From: Octopus sinensis
Taxonomy: Eukaryota
Assembly: GCF_006345805.1 (NCBI RefSeq)
Contig: NC_043013.1
Span: forward strand, 23,870,001 to 23,934,000
Direction: 5' to 3'
Length of the DNA: 64,000 nt
Shown in pieces: positions 12,032-24,249 of the stretch. Below the pieces are notes generated by a model, which saw only the letters and a list, made by a program, of their open reading frames with translations, did not search any database and was not told the DNA's origin. Position 1 is the stretch's first letter; each line of letters starts with the position of its first letter. Both the position numbers and the translations under genes were made by a program.

Positions 12032-14657
12032 CAGATCAGTGGACACATTAGGGTTAAACTAGCCAAAGATGGTTGTAATCTCAAATGAGATCATTCCTAA
12101 TCTTCTCTCTCAGACAGTGAGGATTGTTACACTTTATTTACTAAATCCCATTTCTAGTTTGATTGGAACATGGGAAGGATACAACAGAATGAGCCTATAA
12201 CCTGCTTTAAACCAATGTTTACAAATTTAGCTTAACCTAACATGCCTATCTACATACTGAATGTAACTTTAAAAAAAACATGTAATGGCTTAGAGGAGGA
12301 AGGGTAGTGGTCAGTAACTTTTGTTGACCATTTGACATTGTAAGGGAAATGAAGGAAGAAACCAGAATTCATAGGTTGTTCAATATCTGTAATTAGCCAA
12401 GTTAGTAGTGGCTATGGTGGGCTTGCTACCAAACTGTTTTCTCTAACCTTTCTGGCACCTGTACTCTATGTAAATAGTCCTACTCTACAGATTGGCAAAT
12501 TTAATGTTTGCAATTTAAGTACTGTTAGCTGAGTAATCAGATCATACTGTCCCTTATGCAAAATGCGTTCTGTTTATTCAAATTCATTTACTTATAAAAT
12601 AAATTTGATGCTGTCTTTATTTGGAAATGCAGATGTCACAGCAAAGAAATAATTGAATTTGTGAAATCTGAAGAGGAAGAGTTGTGGGTAATGGTATGGC
12701 AGATCTGGTAGAACATCAGATGAGATCCTGCATAACATTTACATGCTGGGTTAAAATTCTATCACAGCCTACTTTGATTTCACTTGTCTGGTTAATAAAA
12801 TATGTACCAGTGGTACATATTTGTGCCAGTGTTTTAAATCAATATTTTAGTTGTTGTGTGAAAAAGCTAAGTATTAATAGTCTTGACGTGAATATTTGTA
12901 AATAGGAAAAAAAGAAAAGACTGGGCCTGCAGCAGTGTATAATGATATGAAATGATAAATCAACAGACTTGTGCCATGTCAAAATAGAATTTGTTGTTCA
13001 CAAGACTTTTTATTACTAATTTTAACAACTCTTTTGTTTCCCACTATTAGGCATTATTTTAACATTCTTTTCATTGATTTAGTTATTTTAATTATTTCAG
13101 TACCCTTGTGGAATATCTGATTAATTTCATAATATTAAAAGTTTGCTGAAATGTAAATAAGCTCATTTTATCATATATGCTGTTGTTAAGTTAATAAAAG
13201 AGGGCTTATCATGTTGATATTTTATTTGTAAGTTTTTTTTAGAAGTTACCAATGAAATTTGTTGACTTCCTTTATAATTATTTTTAGACATTGTCATAAT
13301 TTTGCTACTTTATTATTATTGTGGCTTATAAATGAACAACAAAATCTCCATTTATAGATTGACATTTGATCTAATTAGAAATGTAGGTAACAGTATCTGA
13401 AGTTTAGATTAAATCTTTGAACTATATTTAGCTAATTAATCAAAAATATAATGACTTCATGGCTAGATAAACCACAGCCTATGTTTTCCTTGTTCCTTAA
13501 TCGTTTTATCATTTTCCAGAATGAATTTTTTGAGGGTTGTTATTCTGTTATATAATTCAATTTCTTGTTTTTATTGACATCTCTAGTTTATCCTAGAGAA
13601 ATACATTTAAATGTTGTTGTTGATATGTTAAACATCTTTGTCGAAACTGACGTGCCTTTTAAACTTATCAGCAAATTCCTGACTTATTGTATAATCTCTT
13701 GACTTAATCAAATAATTTTTATGTTTCACTTGCTAACATAATTTGTTGGCTGTTAGCAAATCGATTTAAGTCTGACCTTCTCTTGCTAAGTACAAAACTG
13801 TATTTAGCTCTTCTATTAGCAGCTTACATCTATTGAAAGTATTTGCTGTAGATTATCTCTATCCAGTGAGATAATTTTAAATTCCAATTTCTTTATTCAA
13901 CTCATGAAAATTCATTTACATATTTCCCATATTTCTACAAGGGACTTATAAATAAAATATGTTGGATTTTAAATCATTATTTTGTAATATGCATTGACTT
14001 TTATTTCACATAAAAAAAAAATAAAAGAATAAAATGAAAAATTTTTTAAATTAAGTAAAAGAAAAAATTATTATTGCTGTGAAAGAATTACAGTCTTAAT
14101 TGTTATGCTCTGTCTTTTATTTTTTTTTAAAGTTAATAAAACACTAATAGTTGGAATAAGTATATTATTCTTTTAGTATTCATTTATAAAGGCTTTCATT
14201 GATTTAACTCACTGAAGTGTGGTAGGAAACCTTTTTTTTCTTTTGTCATGTTGGCTGGCATTAATTGGTCTGGACAACCTCACCTGAGTGCCACACTCTG
14301 TTTTACAATTGATCTAGATTACCATATTCCAAGTCCTTGATGTTTCTCTCTTGTTCCTATTCAGACCTCTTTAATTTGAAGGTTTTTACGGATTTTTTTT
14401 TTGTTGTTGATTCAACATTGTTTTTGTATGAGAACTGAATTCTCTGTAAATTGAAAACACTTCTGGTATTTACTTTTGAATTTTTTTAAAAAGGTATGAC
14501 GGTTGATGACTGCAGCATTTTCTTATCTGTGATGTATTGTTTTGTATATTGTATACACCTGCTCTACGTTGCAAGGACCCTGCAGTTAATGCTTCAAATG
14601 TCAAGTGATTTCAGATGCACTTGGCCTGCCTCTTAAGTTTATTTTCATACTCAAGAG

Positions 14658-14752
14658 CATCATCATCATCATTGCTTAATGTCTGCTTTCCATGCTGGCA
14701 TGGGTTGGATGGTTTGACTGAGGTCTGGAGAGCCAGCACCTGCACCAGGCTC
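14658..14752 (-). mobile_element. RTE 3' tail fragment
   Basis: (cat)n-tgcttaatgtctgctttccatgctggcatgggttggatgg. Confidence 0.8.
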
Positions 14753-15549
14753 AGTTGCTACAAGTGTTTCTGCATTTGTTGTACCATGAAGTGATCCTTC
14801 TGTTTAGGGGAAACAGTTCCATTCAACAACTATGCCAATTCTCTGAATTTGCTTCTCCCACTATGCTCTTTAGACATGAGACCCTGTTGCTGGTTCTACT
14901 CTTAGCTGTAATTTCTTTATCTGAGTAACACACAACTTATCTACTTCTTCCAGTAAATCATCACAGAACCTATAGTCTACAAGTTCATTTCTAATTCTCT
15001 CTTATCACGATTCTGCATCTAAAGTTTATCTGGAATTTCATATATTTCCCATGAACAAGTGCTTTGCTTAGTTTGCATAATATTGATTTCCTGTTTATTC
15101 TTGCAGATGACTGAGTATAGCTCTGGGCTCTGAATGCTATTGAAAATTGAGGATTAACAAATGCCTCATCATATTGTTTTCATTTTTCTTGTCTTTCATG
15201 CTTCTCTACATATCATAATACAATTATTGAACCTGAAAAGCTTTATACATTTATCTAAACCTCTTTTTAAGTTGTCAAGAGGTTTAGTCATTGAAAATTA
15301 CATGACATTTATAGCTTAGGTTACTCGAGGGAGGGTGTGCCTTGCAGCTGTTTTAAACTGTAATATCATTAATAATCATACCATTATTATAGCCACTTTT
15401 TGATATCCAGATGCTCTTCCTGTTGCCAAATGCTCATCTGTTTCAAAGCAAACTGATATTTACCTCATGACCAGACATGTTTTTCCACCAGAGATTACTT
15501 GTATGACAATTATGCTTATTTACAGCCATTCTATGATAAAACAAGGACG

Positions 15550-15710
15550 TACACACACAGGTTTACAATTGGGCTTCTTTTGGTTTCCATCTACTAAATC
15601 CACTCATAAGGCTTTGGCCAGCCCAACACTTGGTCATGGTACCATGCAGTAGACTGAACCTGAAACCACATAGTTGGGAAACAAGCTTCTCAACCACACA
15701 GCCACACCTG
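15550..15710 (-). mobile_element. Partial tRNA-derived SINE (5' head)
   Basis: tccactcataaggctttgg...gactgaacctgaaaccacatagttggg...accacacagccacacctg aligns with 6840-7000. Confidence 0.8.
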
Positions 15711-15793
15711 TGAGACTGCACTGTTATGATTGTACTTTTCTTGATATTTTTGCCAAGTCATAATTTTAAAAGAGCGTAAAATGCACCAATCTA

Positions 15794-16016
15794 ACCGTGG
15801 CCGTTGTCAGCCTCGCCTGGCACCTGTGCAGGTGGCACGTAAAAAGCACCCACTACACTCACGGAGTGGTTGGCGTTAGGAAGGGCATCCAGCTGTAGAA
15901 ACATTGCCAGATAAGACTGGAGCCTGGTGCAGCCTTCTGGCTTCCAAGATCCCCGGTCGAACCGTCCAACCCATGCTAGCATGGAGAACGGACATTAAAC
16001 GATGATGATGATGATG
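15794..16016 (+). mobile_element. RTE 3' tail, little diverged
   Basis: aaaaagcacccactacactcacggagtggttggcgttaggaagggcatccagctgtagaaac...(gat)n, nearly identical to part of 40910-41129. Confidence 0.9.
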
Positions 16017-17130
16017 AGAGGGACATTTTAATTTAAAGATGCAGGTGACTGAAGTAAACATACAAAGTGAGTTACTATATTTGTTCCTGAAGTTTATTAA
16101 ACACAGAAAGGATTTATATTCCTTGCTTCACAAATAGATTTGACAACATTAATCCTCTCTGATTAGACTTAACTTCTTGTCAGAGCTACCTTAAAGATTA
16201 TTTTTTTCTCTATAGTTTGCATTAGTTGAAAACAATGTCCTCTCCCACACCTATTCTTTGGTATTTTCCTTGTATGTGATTGAAACTTTTCAAGGTTACA
16301 ATGAACTAAAAGATATTTTAATTAAGATTGACTACTTAGGATCTTGTTTGCTACGTCTCATCTCTCAACAAACAAAACCTGTACAACCATTGTTCTTTAT
16401 GGTAGCATTAGAAGGGATTCAACTAACTGCAACTAGTTGTTACATGTAATGTAAGAATTAAAAGAAAAAAAAACCCACTGGGTAAAAGAAAAATTAACCT
16501 AGTTGTATAAAAATAGCAAAGAAATTTATATTATGACAAAAGATAGACTCTAATATACAAAGTCTAAAGGTAGATTACAAACTGATTTCTAATAGAAAGT
16601 TAAGATTCCCAATTTATAACAAGCTTAATGCTATTTCAGCTGGTGAATTACAAATGATTCAATGCTTCAGATGAGGGGTTGTTGCAAAGTTGATAAATTT
16701 TTAGGCTGTTAACTTCATCTTTAGACATGAGACATTTTTATACATGTTATGAATCAATATTGGCATCTACGTTTGGAATGGTTTCAGTGCCAATCATCAT
16801 TAGATGCATTAGTAACCTTGAATATTAGCATGTTACTCAACTCACATTTTTGGTAGCCTTGAGGATAGGAACATTATTACATTTAGTTTAGAAAAAAAAA
16901 TCAGAATCCCATCTGTTAGTATGTACATATTCTAGAATAAATCAGCTGACTATTGCAGATCAAACTGCTAGAAACATATAATAAATGTAAAATATTGATT
17001 TCTAATATAATAAAAATATTTCATTGCAAACGATAAGTGTAACATTATGCAAATTACAGTACAAAAAAAAAAAAAATGAGTGAAGTTAATATTTATAAGT
17101 ATTTTTGTCTCGAACGTTCATTTGCTATTT

Positions 17131-17945
17131 GCAACAACTTCTCACTGTTGATGCCACCAAAAGTGAACAATATTTTCTTTCAAGGCATGAAATTGTAAGG
17201 ATCTTTTGAAGGCTGACGAGGAATTAGCAACGTCCTGTCTCATTTGTGAATTTTCTGTTTGTTCCTTTGTTGTTTTTCTATTTAAGACACCCTTCTTATT
17301 TTTACCTTTTCACTTGAATATTTTTTGTGTGACATACATTTCTCTTCTTTTTCTCTCTTTTGCCTTCCTCTCCTCTCTCACCAACTTTCCACTCTGTTGC
17401 TTTTTTTTCTCTCTCTCTCTCCTTTCCTCTCTCTCTCTCTCCTTCCACTACCATGTGACCCATAACCATTCTCATCCCTCTCTTCCATTTCCATTCTTGC
17501 CTAACTGTTGACTTAATCAGTCACGGTTCCCTTGCCTCCTCCTCCTCCTCTTTCACCATAGTTTGTGTTTTTTCTTTTTTCACCTTTCCTCTCCTGGTTT
17601 CCCATTTGTTCCCTTTTCCTTTTCCAGTCCTATACAACATTTCCATTTCCTTTGCATAATTGTCTTGCCTTAGAGATTCTTGGCCCTATTTTGCTTGTAT
17701 AATGTATATTTATTTTATTTTGTTTGTATATTCACATTTGTGTTATATTTGTTTTCATTACTGTCTCCCAACATTTATTCATTATTCCCAGCAGCTTCTT
17801 GCTGTTGAGGCCACCAATAGTGACAATATTATTGTTAAAGGTGTGAAATTGTAAGGATCTTTTGGATAATAACTGATGAGGAATCGGTGATGTCCTGCCT
17901 CATGTGTGAATTTTCCATTTGTTCCTTTATTGTGTTTGTTTATAT
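17131..17945 (+). repeat. Diverged direct repeat pair (about 17131-17285 and 17788-17945) around a pyrimidine-rich spacer; possible Penelope-like pseudo-LTR
   Basis: Both copies share ctgttga.gccaccaa.agtga, tgaaattgtaaggatcttttg, ctga.gaggaat and gtgaatttt...tttgttccttt. Confidence 0.6.
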
Positions 17946-17952
17946 TTTGGAA

Positions 17953-17955
<3 letters not shown>

Positions 17956-18014
<59 letters not shown>

Positions 18015-18098
18015 TATATATACACATATACATACATATGTATATGTGTACATATATATATACACACACACACACACTTACATATACATACATGTATA

Positions 18099-18161
<63 letters not shown>

Positions 18162-18217
18162 GTATACATACATATGTATATATGTGTATGTATGCATGTA
18201 TGTATATATATATATAG
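17956..18217. repeat. Compound (TA)n/(CA)n/(TG)n microsatellite
   Basis: Direct inspection; it produces the YIYIYI ORFs in the track. Confidence 0.97.
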
Positions 18218-18480
18218 GCACAGCAGCTGAAACTTTGCACAAGGTGGCTATGGTTGATAAGAGACAGCAAGTGGAACTCTTCTGTGCATGAAGACAAATT
18301 CAGTCCTTGCTGCCCCACTCAGGTGACAATATAGAAGGGTTTCCAACATTGCAATGGAATTAATTAGGCTTGCAAAATCCTTTGAGTAGACCCTGCAGTT
18401 TTTATGTGGAGCAAAGCATCTCTTATGTTTACTTCATCCATCCATCCATCATCCAATGTATATATATATATATATTTTCG

Positions 18481-18739
18481 AGTGGCCATTGCCAGTCCTG
18501 CTGGACTGGCTCCTGTGCAGGTGGCACAAAGAAAAGCACCATTTGATTGGCCCTCGTGCCAGTGGCACGTAAAAGCACCCACTACACTCTTGGAGTGGTT
18601 GGTGTTAGGAAGGGCATCCAGCTGTAGAAACTCTTCCAGATCAGATTGGATCCTGGTGCAGCCATCTGGTTCGCCAGACCTCAGTCAAATCGTCCAACCC
18701 ATGTCAGCATGGAAAGCGGATGTTAAACGATGATGATGA

Positions 18740-18743
<4 letters not shown>
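18481..18743 (+). mobile_element. RTE 3' tail flanked on both sides by (TA)n
   Basis: aaaagcacccactacactcttggagtggttggtgttaggaagggcatcc...(gat)n. Confidence 0.88.
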
Positions 18744-18792
<49 letters not shown>

Positions 18793-19345
18793 CATACATA
18801 TATTACAGAAAAGCTTGACAAATTGTTACTCTGTGTTTCATGTAACCATGATAATACTGATAGTGGCAGCTGTGTGAGGTCAGGCAGGAGTGTTATATTT
18901 GAGTGTTGCTGTGTGACATTTGTACATAACAAAAGCTGATTACTATCTTCTAGCACCAACATTGTTGTATCTGACTCTGTTGTAGTATGTAAACTTTCAG
19001 CATGAAAACACTGAACTAAAACATTCAGCATATGGCAACAAAGTAGAGGAATGCATGTGCTTAAACCTTAGTAAATGAGAGTAATGTTTCATTACTATTA
19101 CACACTTCCTTTAACAATTCTTCTGAGCACTTCCAGTGTTTTAGGTGATCCCTGAAAATGCGACACCACTATTGAAAATGAATCTGAATTAATTTTGGTG
19201 AACTTCCACAATATCGCTCAATTTGTTAAGATGAAATTATTAATCTATATGACTTTTGTTGAAAGAATGTGCTCTAGGGCTTTCAGAAGTTTCAATAGCC
19301 TCATCAAATATGGTAATTGCAACCTGAAAAGAATATTGTCTCTAA

Positions 19346-19566
19346 CCCTTTTGATACCAACCCGGCTGAAACCGGCTCTTGCTCTGTGGTACAAATGTCT
19401 TGTTTTCAAAAGTTCTGAATTAAAGTCTTCCACCAAACCTTAGTCACAATTTACGTTCCTAACACTTGTTTAATGATAACTAAGTTATTTTACTAAATCC
19501 TTTGTTATATTTAAAATAATTGAAAGAAACACAGAGCATCTCAAAATAAATACAGTAACGAAAGGG
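19346..19566. mobile_element. piggyBac-type MITE (second family, 221 bp) with CTAA target duplication
   Basis: CTAA at 19342-19345 and 19567-19570; TIRs CCCTTTTGATAC / GTAACGAAAGGG. Confidence 0.85.
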
Positions 19567-20164
19567 CTAATCATTTTCACTGATGTATATAGTGAAACTC
19601 TGGATTCAGTTTATTAAAGTTATAAAGATTAGAAATATATGCTGATATTTTAAATGTTATGTAACATGTAGAAGTCTAAATTGAATTGTGTTTTGAATTA
19701 GAAATCTCCATGATTACAGTTACATTTCATTTTAGTTATGTACATGGTTTATTCCATCACCAATATCATTTGATGTTTTGTACAAGTTCAGAGTGGATGT
19801 TGTTATTTTGTTTAACTCCCAAATGTCTATCATTGATTTTTTTTTTCAACATCAGAGAGATCTTATTTGTGAAGTGTGATCATTATCACTAAATTCGATT
19901 GAATTATGAATGAGATGTGTCAGTTATTTCTGCAACTGCTGAAGACCACTTGAAGTACTCACAATAAAATTAGCTTCGTAAGATGTTTTCTCTGAATATC
20001 GTTAATGATCTAGGATGGTTTTTATATGAATACCTCCATAGGAAACTATTGGTTGTACAGACAGTTTTAGTCTAGGAATAATACTCAGAAATAATATATA
20101 ATAATTCTTTAGCTTATTCTTCTTTTTATAAATATTTCAAAATGATTTCATATTTTCCTTTCAG

Positions 20165-20223
20165 ATTCCTTTGTGAATAGTCAGGAATGGACATTGAGTA
20201 GAGCTGTTCCAGACTTAAAGTTG
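20165..20223 (+). CDS. AGAP1: Internal coding exon (59 nt, phase 1 to 0) of an AGAP/centaurin-gamma gene (Arf-GAP with GTPase, ANK repeat and PH domains)
   Basis: Polypyrimidine tract and acceptor tattttcctttcag, donor TTG|gtaagt. Translates (G)AT-S-F-V-N-S-Q-E-W-T-L-S-R-A-V-P-D-L-K-L, matching the conserved AGAP1/3/CenG1A motif D(S/A)FVNSQEWTLSR. The paralogue number is nominal in an invertebrate. Confidence 0.95.
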
Positions 20224-21829
20224 GTAAGTGATTGATATTTGTTTACCGTTGATGGTTGTAGTTCTAAAATCTTTTTGGAAACAATCTTTGCACTGTTTTA
20301 ATGTTTTAATAAAGTTTAAAAATAGAAACAAGTCACCAAGTTATATTGTTATTTAAAATCAATTATTCATAGAGATATAGTAGTTTACTTTATTAGATCA
20401 GATACTGTATCTTTAATATAGATTTTGTCTGTTAACGTCAAGGTCACAGGTTAAAATATTTGTCACAGTTAAATGTGTTGAGTTATGGGCAGAGGCATGC
20501 ATCTTCTATATATCTCTATCTCAGATGAGTACATATTAGAGAGCAGATTTGCACTTTGAACAGATTTGCTTTTCATCACTATAACAGCCAGCTAAATCAG
20601 TTTTTAACCTCATGTCATTGATTTACTGAAAAGTCTGAAATGTACCTCTTCCATATTAATAAAAGCAAAATTGTGTCTGTGTGTCCCTCTGGGACCTCTC
20701 TATCTCAGTCTACATTTGCTCTACATAGACATATTATACTTTTTGGGGAATCAGTATGATCCCAGGATTGGAAATTTACCTTTCATCTGGTTCTTGAACA
20801 TCCAGCATTGGGATCTGATTTTAAAGCATTTGGGTTGCTATTTCTAGATGGTAAAACTTAGCTGATTCATGCCATCTTGGTTGGCATTTGTCAGGTTATG
20901 TCAGCGATCAAGGGGATGATAAATGACATCCTCTGTAATTTTACGTCAAGATAAGAACTTTGGGACAAATTGGCCAACAGTTGGAATTCAACTTGGGACT
21001 AGAACAATAGAATGACTGCATTACTGAGTTAATTCTCATCTGTCCTTAACCTTTGATCAAACTCCACTGGGGCATATAGTCATTATAGACATATTATAGT
21101 CATGTTATTTAGCTCTCTTTAGTTTTGAGCTGTAGGCCCACTTAGCCCTCCACAGGAGTCAGCTTTAAAGTCCATACAGAGTATGCCTTTTAAACTCGTA
21201 GTTAATGAAGCAAGTTTTAAAATCTTTTGCTTGTACAGATAGCTTTTGAATTTTGAAAGTAGTAACATTGTCTTTGAGAGTAATATAAATTTAGAAAAAC
21301 ACTTAAATGCAGTTAATCTCCCACCCACCCCAATTATTTACTTAAGACATTTAATTAAAATTACTTATAAGGTCTTGTAAGTTATACATAATTGCTAGTG
21401 AATCAATGTGATTAGATAGGCTAAGCATACTTTTCACTGTAGGACTTTCCCTTAAAAGCTATCTATGCTTAAAAAATAGATTTGCAGTCCAGACTAAATA
21501 TGTTTATTATCCAAATGGAAATCCTGTCAAATGTTTAGCAATTACTCAGCATACAGTACAGAATGCAGGAAATGTAATAAGTTTGATACAGGCAGTACTA
21601 TCTAGTCATTATGTTATCATTAAAGAGCACATGTGTAAGTGTAAGCCTTATCTTTAAAAAGCCTCAGAACACTTGTCAGAACACAGAAGCTAAGTTTTTA
21701 TTGGAGTCTTTTATAGAAACATTTATAACTTGTATTTATTGTAACAGTGTGTTTGGGGTATCTATATAAAAAACAAAACTAATGTTTTCTTTGCATTTAC
21801 AGCTTTACTTTTGTGCTGCAAATATCCAG

Positions 21830-23100
21830 TGACATTTACATTCATTTAAATGTTTGCAATACAGGCTACCATAGCCCTTACAATACAGAGCTACCATAGT
21901 CCTTCTGTCTGAAGGTATGGTAACATACTCAGACTGCCTATCAAATGAAAGAACAACTCTCTGGTGAAACTGCTGAAAAATAGAAAACATAGTGAGTATT
22001 GTGCTTCTCAATATTCAGCAAGCTACTCACAAGGATCATTCTTGGGAGACTAAAAATTGCTGTAGACCACAAGCAGGAATTAGGAAGGATAAATCCTACA
22101 GTGACCAGATTATCATGAACAGCTGCAGGAATAACAAGCTGCCTTTGTTCTCAACTTCAATGATTTCAAGAATGCTTTGGATTGATCTGACATGTGCTCT
22201 GTATCACCACCCTACTCCTTAAGATCATTCAACAACCGTATAAGGATATTCATTATCACGTGATACACAATGAGAGATTGTGGAAACATTTTGAGGTAAA
22301 ATTTGGAATGAAGCAAGAAGTTCATTACCAACGATTTTCTAGATGATATTGAAATAGAATGGTGAAAGAACAGGCATAGAGCAGGCACAAGTGCAGATAT
22401 ACCCCAGACAATACAGACATATCCCAGGATATTCAAGATTTGCAGTGAAAGATTGATTAATTTAATAAGGTAGCAGTAAAAATTGGACTGTGGGTTAATG
22501 CTGGGAAAACAGAGATCATAAAAATCCAAAATAGTAACCCTGGATCCATCATGGTTAAAAATCATATATAGAAATGATGTGAAACATTTTACACGCTTAG
22601 GAAACTTGTCCACAATATGAGGTACAGAAGTGAGATTTGGAAAAGCTTCTGCCCAGCCATGTTAACTGAAGATTTAGGATTGCAACATCAAATCCATCAA
22701 ATTATAGGATGTTAAATCATTGTGAATGAATAGAAATATCTACAGAAAGCTCCAAATATTCACAGAGAATGCTTCAGAGACAAGTTAAGCATTAGATATC
22801 CAGAAACCAAGAATAACAAACACTTCTGGACTAAAGCCAAGCAGGAATTTGTCAACCAACAAATAGATCCTGTGTTAAGAAAATCAGTGGACCATTCAAC
22901 AAAGTAAGCTTTGGATTGGAATCCGGAGGAGAAAGTGAAGCTAGGTATGTGAGGATTTACAGGCAATTTTCAGCAGAAAGAGAATTGAAGGGGTGACAAG
23001 GAAGAAAAGTACGAGGTAAACTACATCGGAAATTATGTTCTTATCTGGGACCTGGAATCCAAAAACAGTCCTTAATGGCAGTGGTCCTCTTACACTGTGC
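21830..23100 (+). pseudogene. Degenerate RTE-clade LINE fragment (family distinct from the (GAT)n-tailed RTE)
   Basis: C-terminal remnant LRKSVDHSTK*ALDWNPEEKVKLG resembles the RTE ALxWNPxGKRxRGRP motif. Many stops; boundaries approximate. Confidence 0.6.
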
Positions 23101-24249
23101 CTAACTCCAAAAATTGAGCTTATTTATTTATTTAAATGTTGTTGTTTTTTTTAGATAATAATGCATTTAGTATTATGGAATTTTCAAAAACCAAATATCA
23201 AAGAGAAACAAACATATTGCTCTTCCTACAATTTTTAGATTCTTTACTTACTGCTCAAAACAAGATTAGAAAGAACTTCTTGACTGCCACAGGTTGTTTA
23301 TTGTTTGATTTGAACTCACATTCCCGCTCAGTACACTGTGTTTCTGTACACTTAAACATTTCGCTAATGTTTACTGCCATCCTTTACATTTCGAATTTTT
23401 CAGTTTATGGTTCTGGTTTTTAAGACTAGTAGCTAAAATAAATAAGAAAAAGCAGTTCATTGAATGTGAAAGATCTTCTCAAAGCTGAGAGAAAGAAAGA
23501 AGTTGATTCCATTTTCTGCATTATTCAGTGGTTGTCATCACTTCCCTAGGCTTTTACTGTTAATGCATGCAATTTTATTTTAGATTCATCTTTATTGTTG
23601 TAAAGTATTCTCGTTTGCTGTACTCTGACCACAGACCACTGGCAGGAAAGAATAAAAGTGTATTAAATTTGGAGATTCCCCAATGAAGTATTATTTAAAT
23701 TAAAATACACAAAGAGGTCTTAAAAACTGATTAAAAATGCATTTTATTTTTAGGGAGAAAATTGTGATTTGTAAGAACTTATATTAATTAGTTTTATTGT
23801 ATCTAATCGTCTTTTGTCTGTTGTGTAACAAAGTTTGGATATAGCAATTAATTTCTTTAAGCATATTATTGAAAAAGTATCACAGTTTATTTTTCAAAAT
23901 TTTACCATGTACACTTAAAATGTTAGATGTGCTGTTGTTGTTACTAGCATTTCAGTGAAAATGCTATAGAATACACTTGAAATCTCTTTTTAGTTGCATT
24001 TACTGTTTTATAATCTCCATAGTGTTGAATATTTTGTCATTTATCTTTCAGGCTTATATATTGATGACATTTGCTTTTAATTATTCTGGATGGGTTTCAG
24101 TGTCTGAGAGTTTTGAATTTAGTGGTTGTAATATCAAGAGCTAGTAGGGAAAAATATCATGTAGTTTATTATTGTTGTTGTTGTTGTTTTGTAACTATGC
24201 TCTTGAAGAAACAAGTCCATGTTGACTTGTGGCAATTTCTCTTGCTGGA

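Larger units (their letters stand above)
11139..12131 (-). mobile_element. Solo LTR (993 bp), probably Ty3/Gypsy
   Basis: Termini TGTAAGAAT...ATTGTTACA (8/9 inverted match, TG..CA) and a 4-bp TSD CTTT at 11135-11138 and 12132-12135. CpG-rich. Orientation inferred from CCAAT/TATA-like motifs on the minus strand. Confidence 0.85.

Noticed and set aside
12049-12057. AGGGTTAA suggesting a piggyBac end for the 11.1-12.1 kb element
   Set aside because: No matching TTAACCCT left end was found; TG..CA termini with a CTTT TSD explain the element better as a solo LTR.
17782-19031. ORFs of 100-178 aa rich in YIYIYI
   Set aside because: They are translations of (TA)n/(CA)n microsatellites, which lack stop codons; not genes.
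20647-20780. Possible third Helitron 5' end (tcttccatattaataaaagcaaaattgtgtctgt)
   Set aside because: No 3' hairpin or CTAG terminus could be identified.
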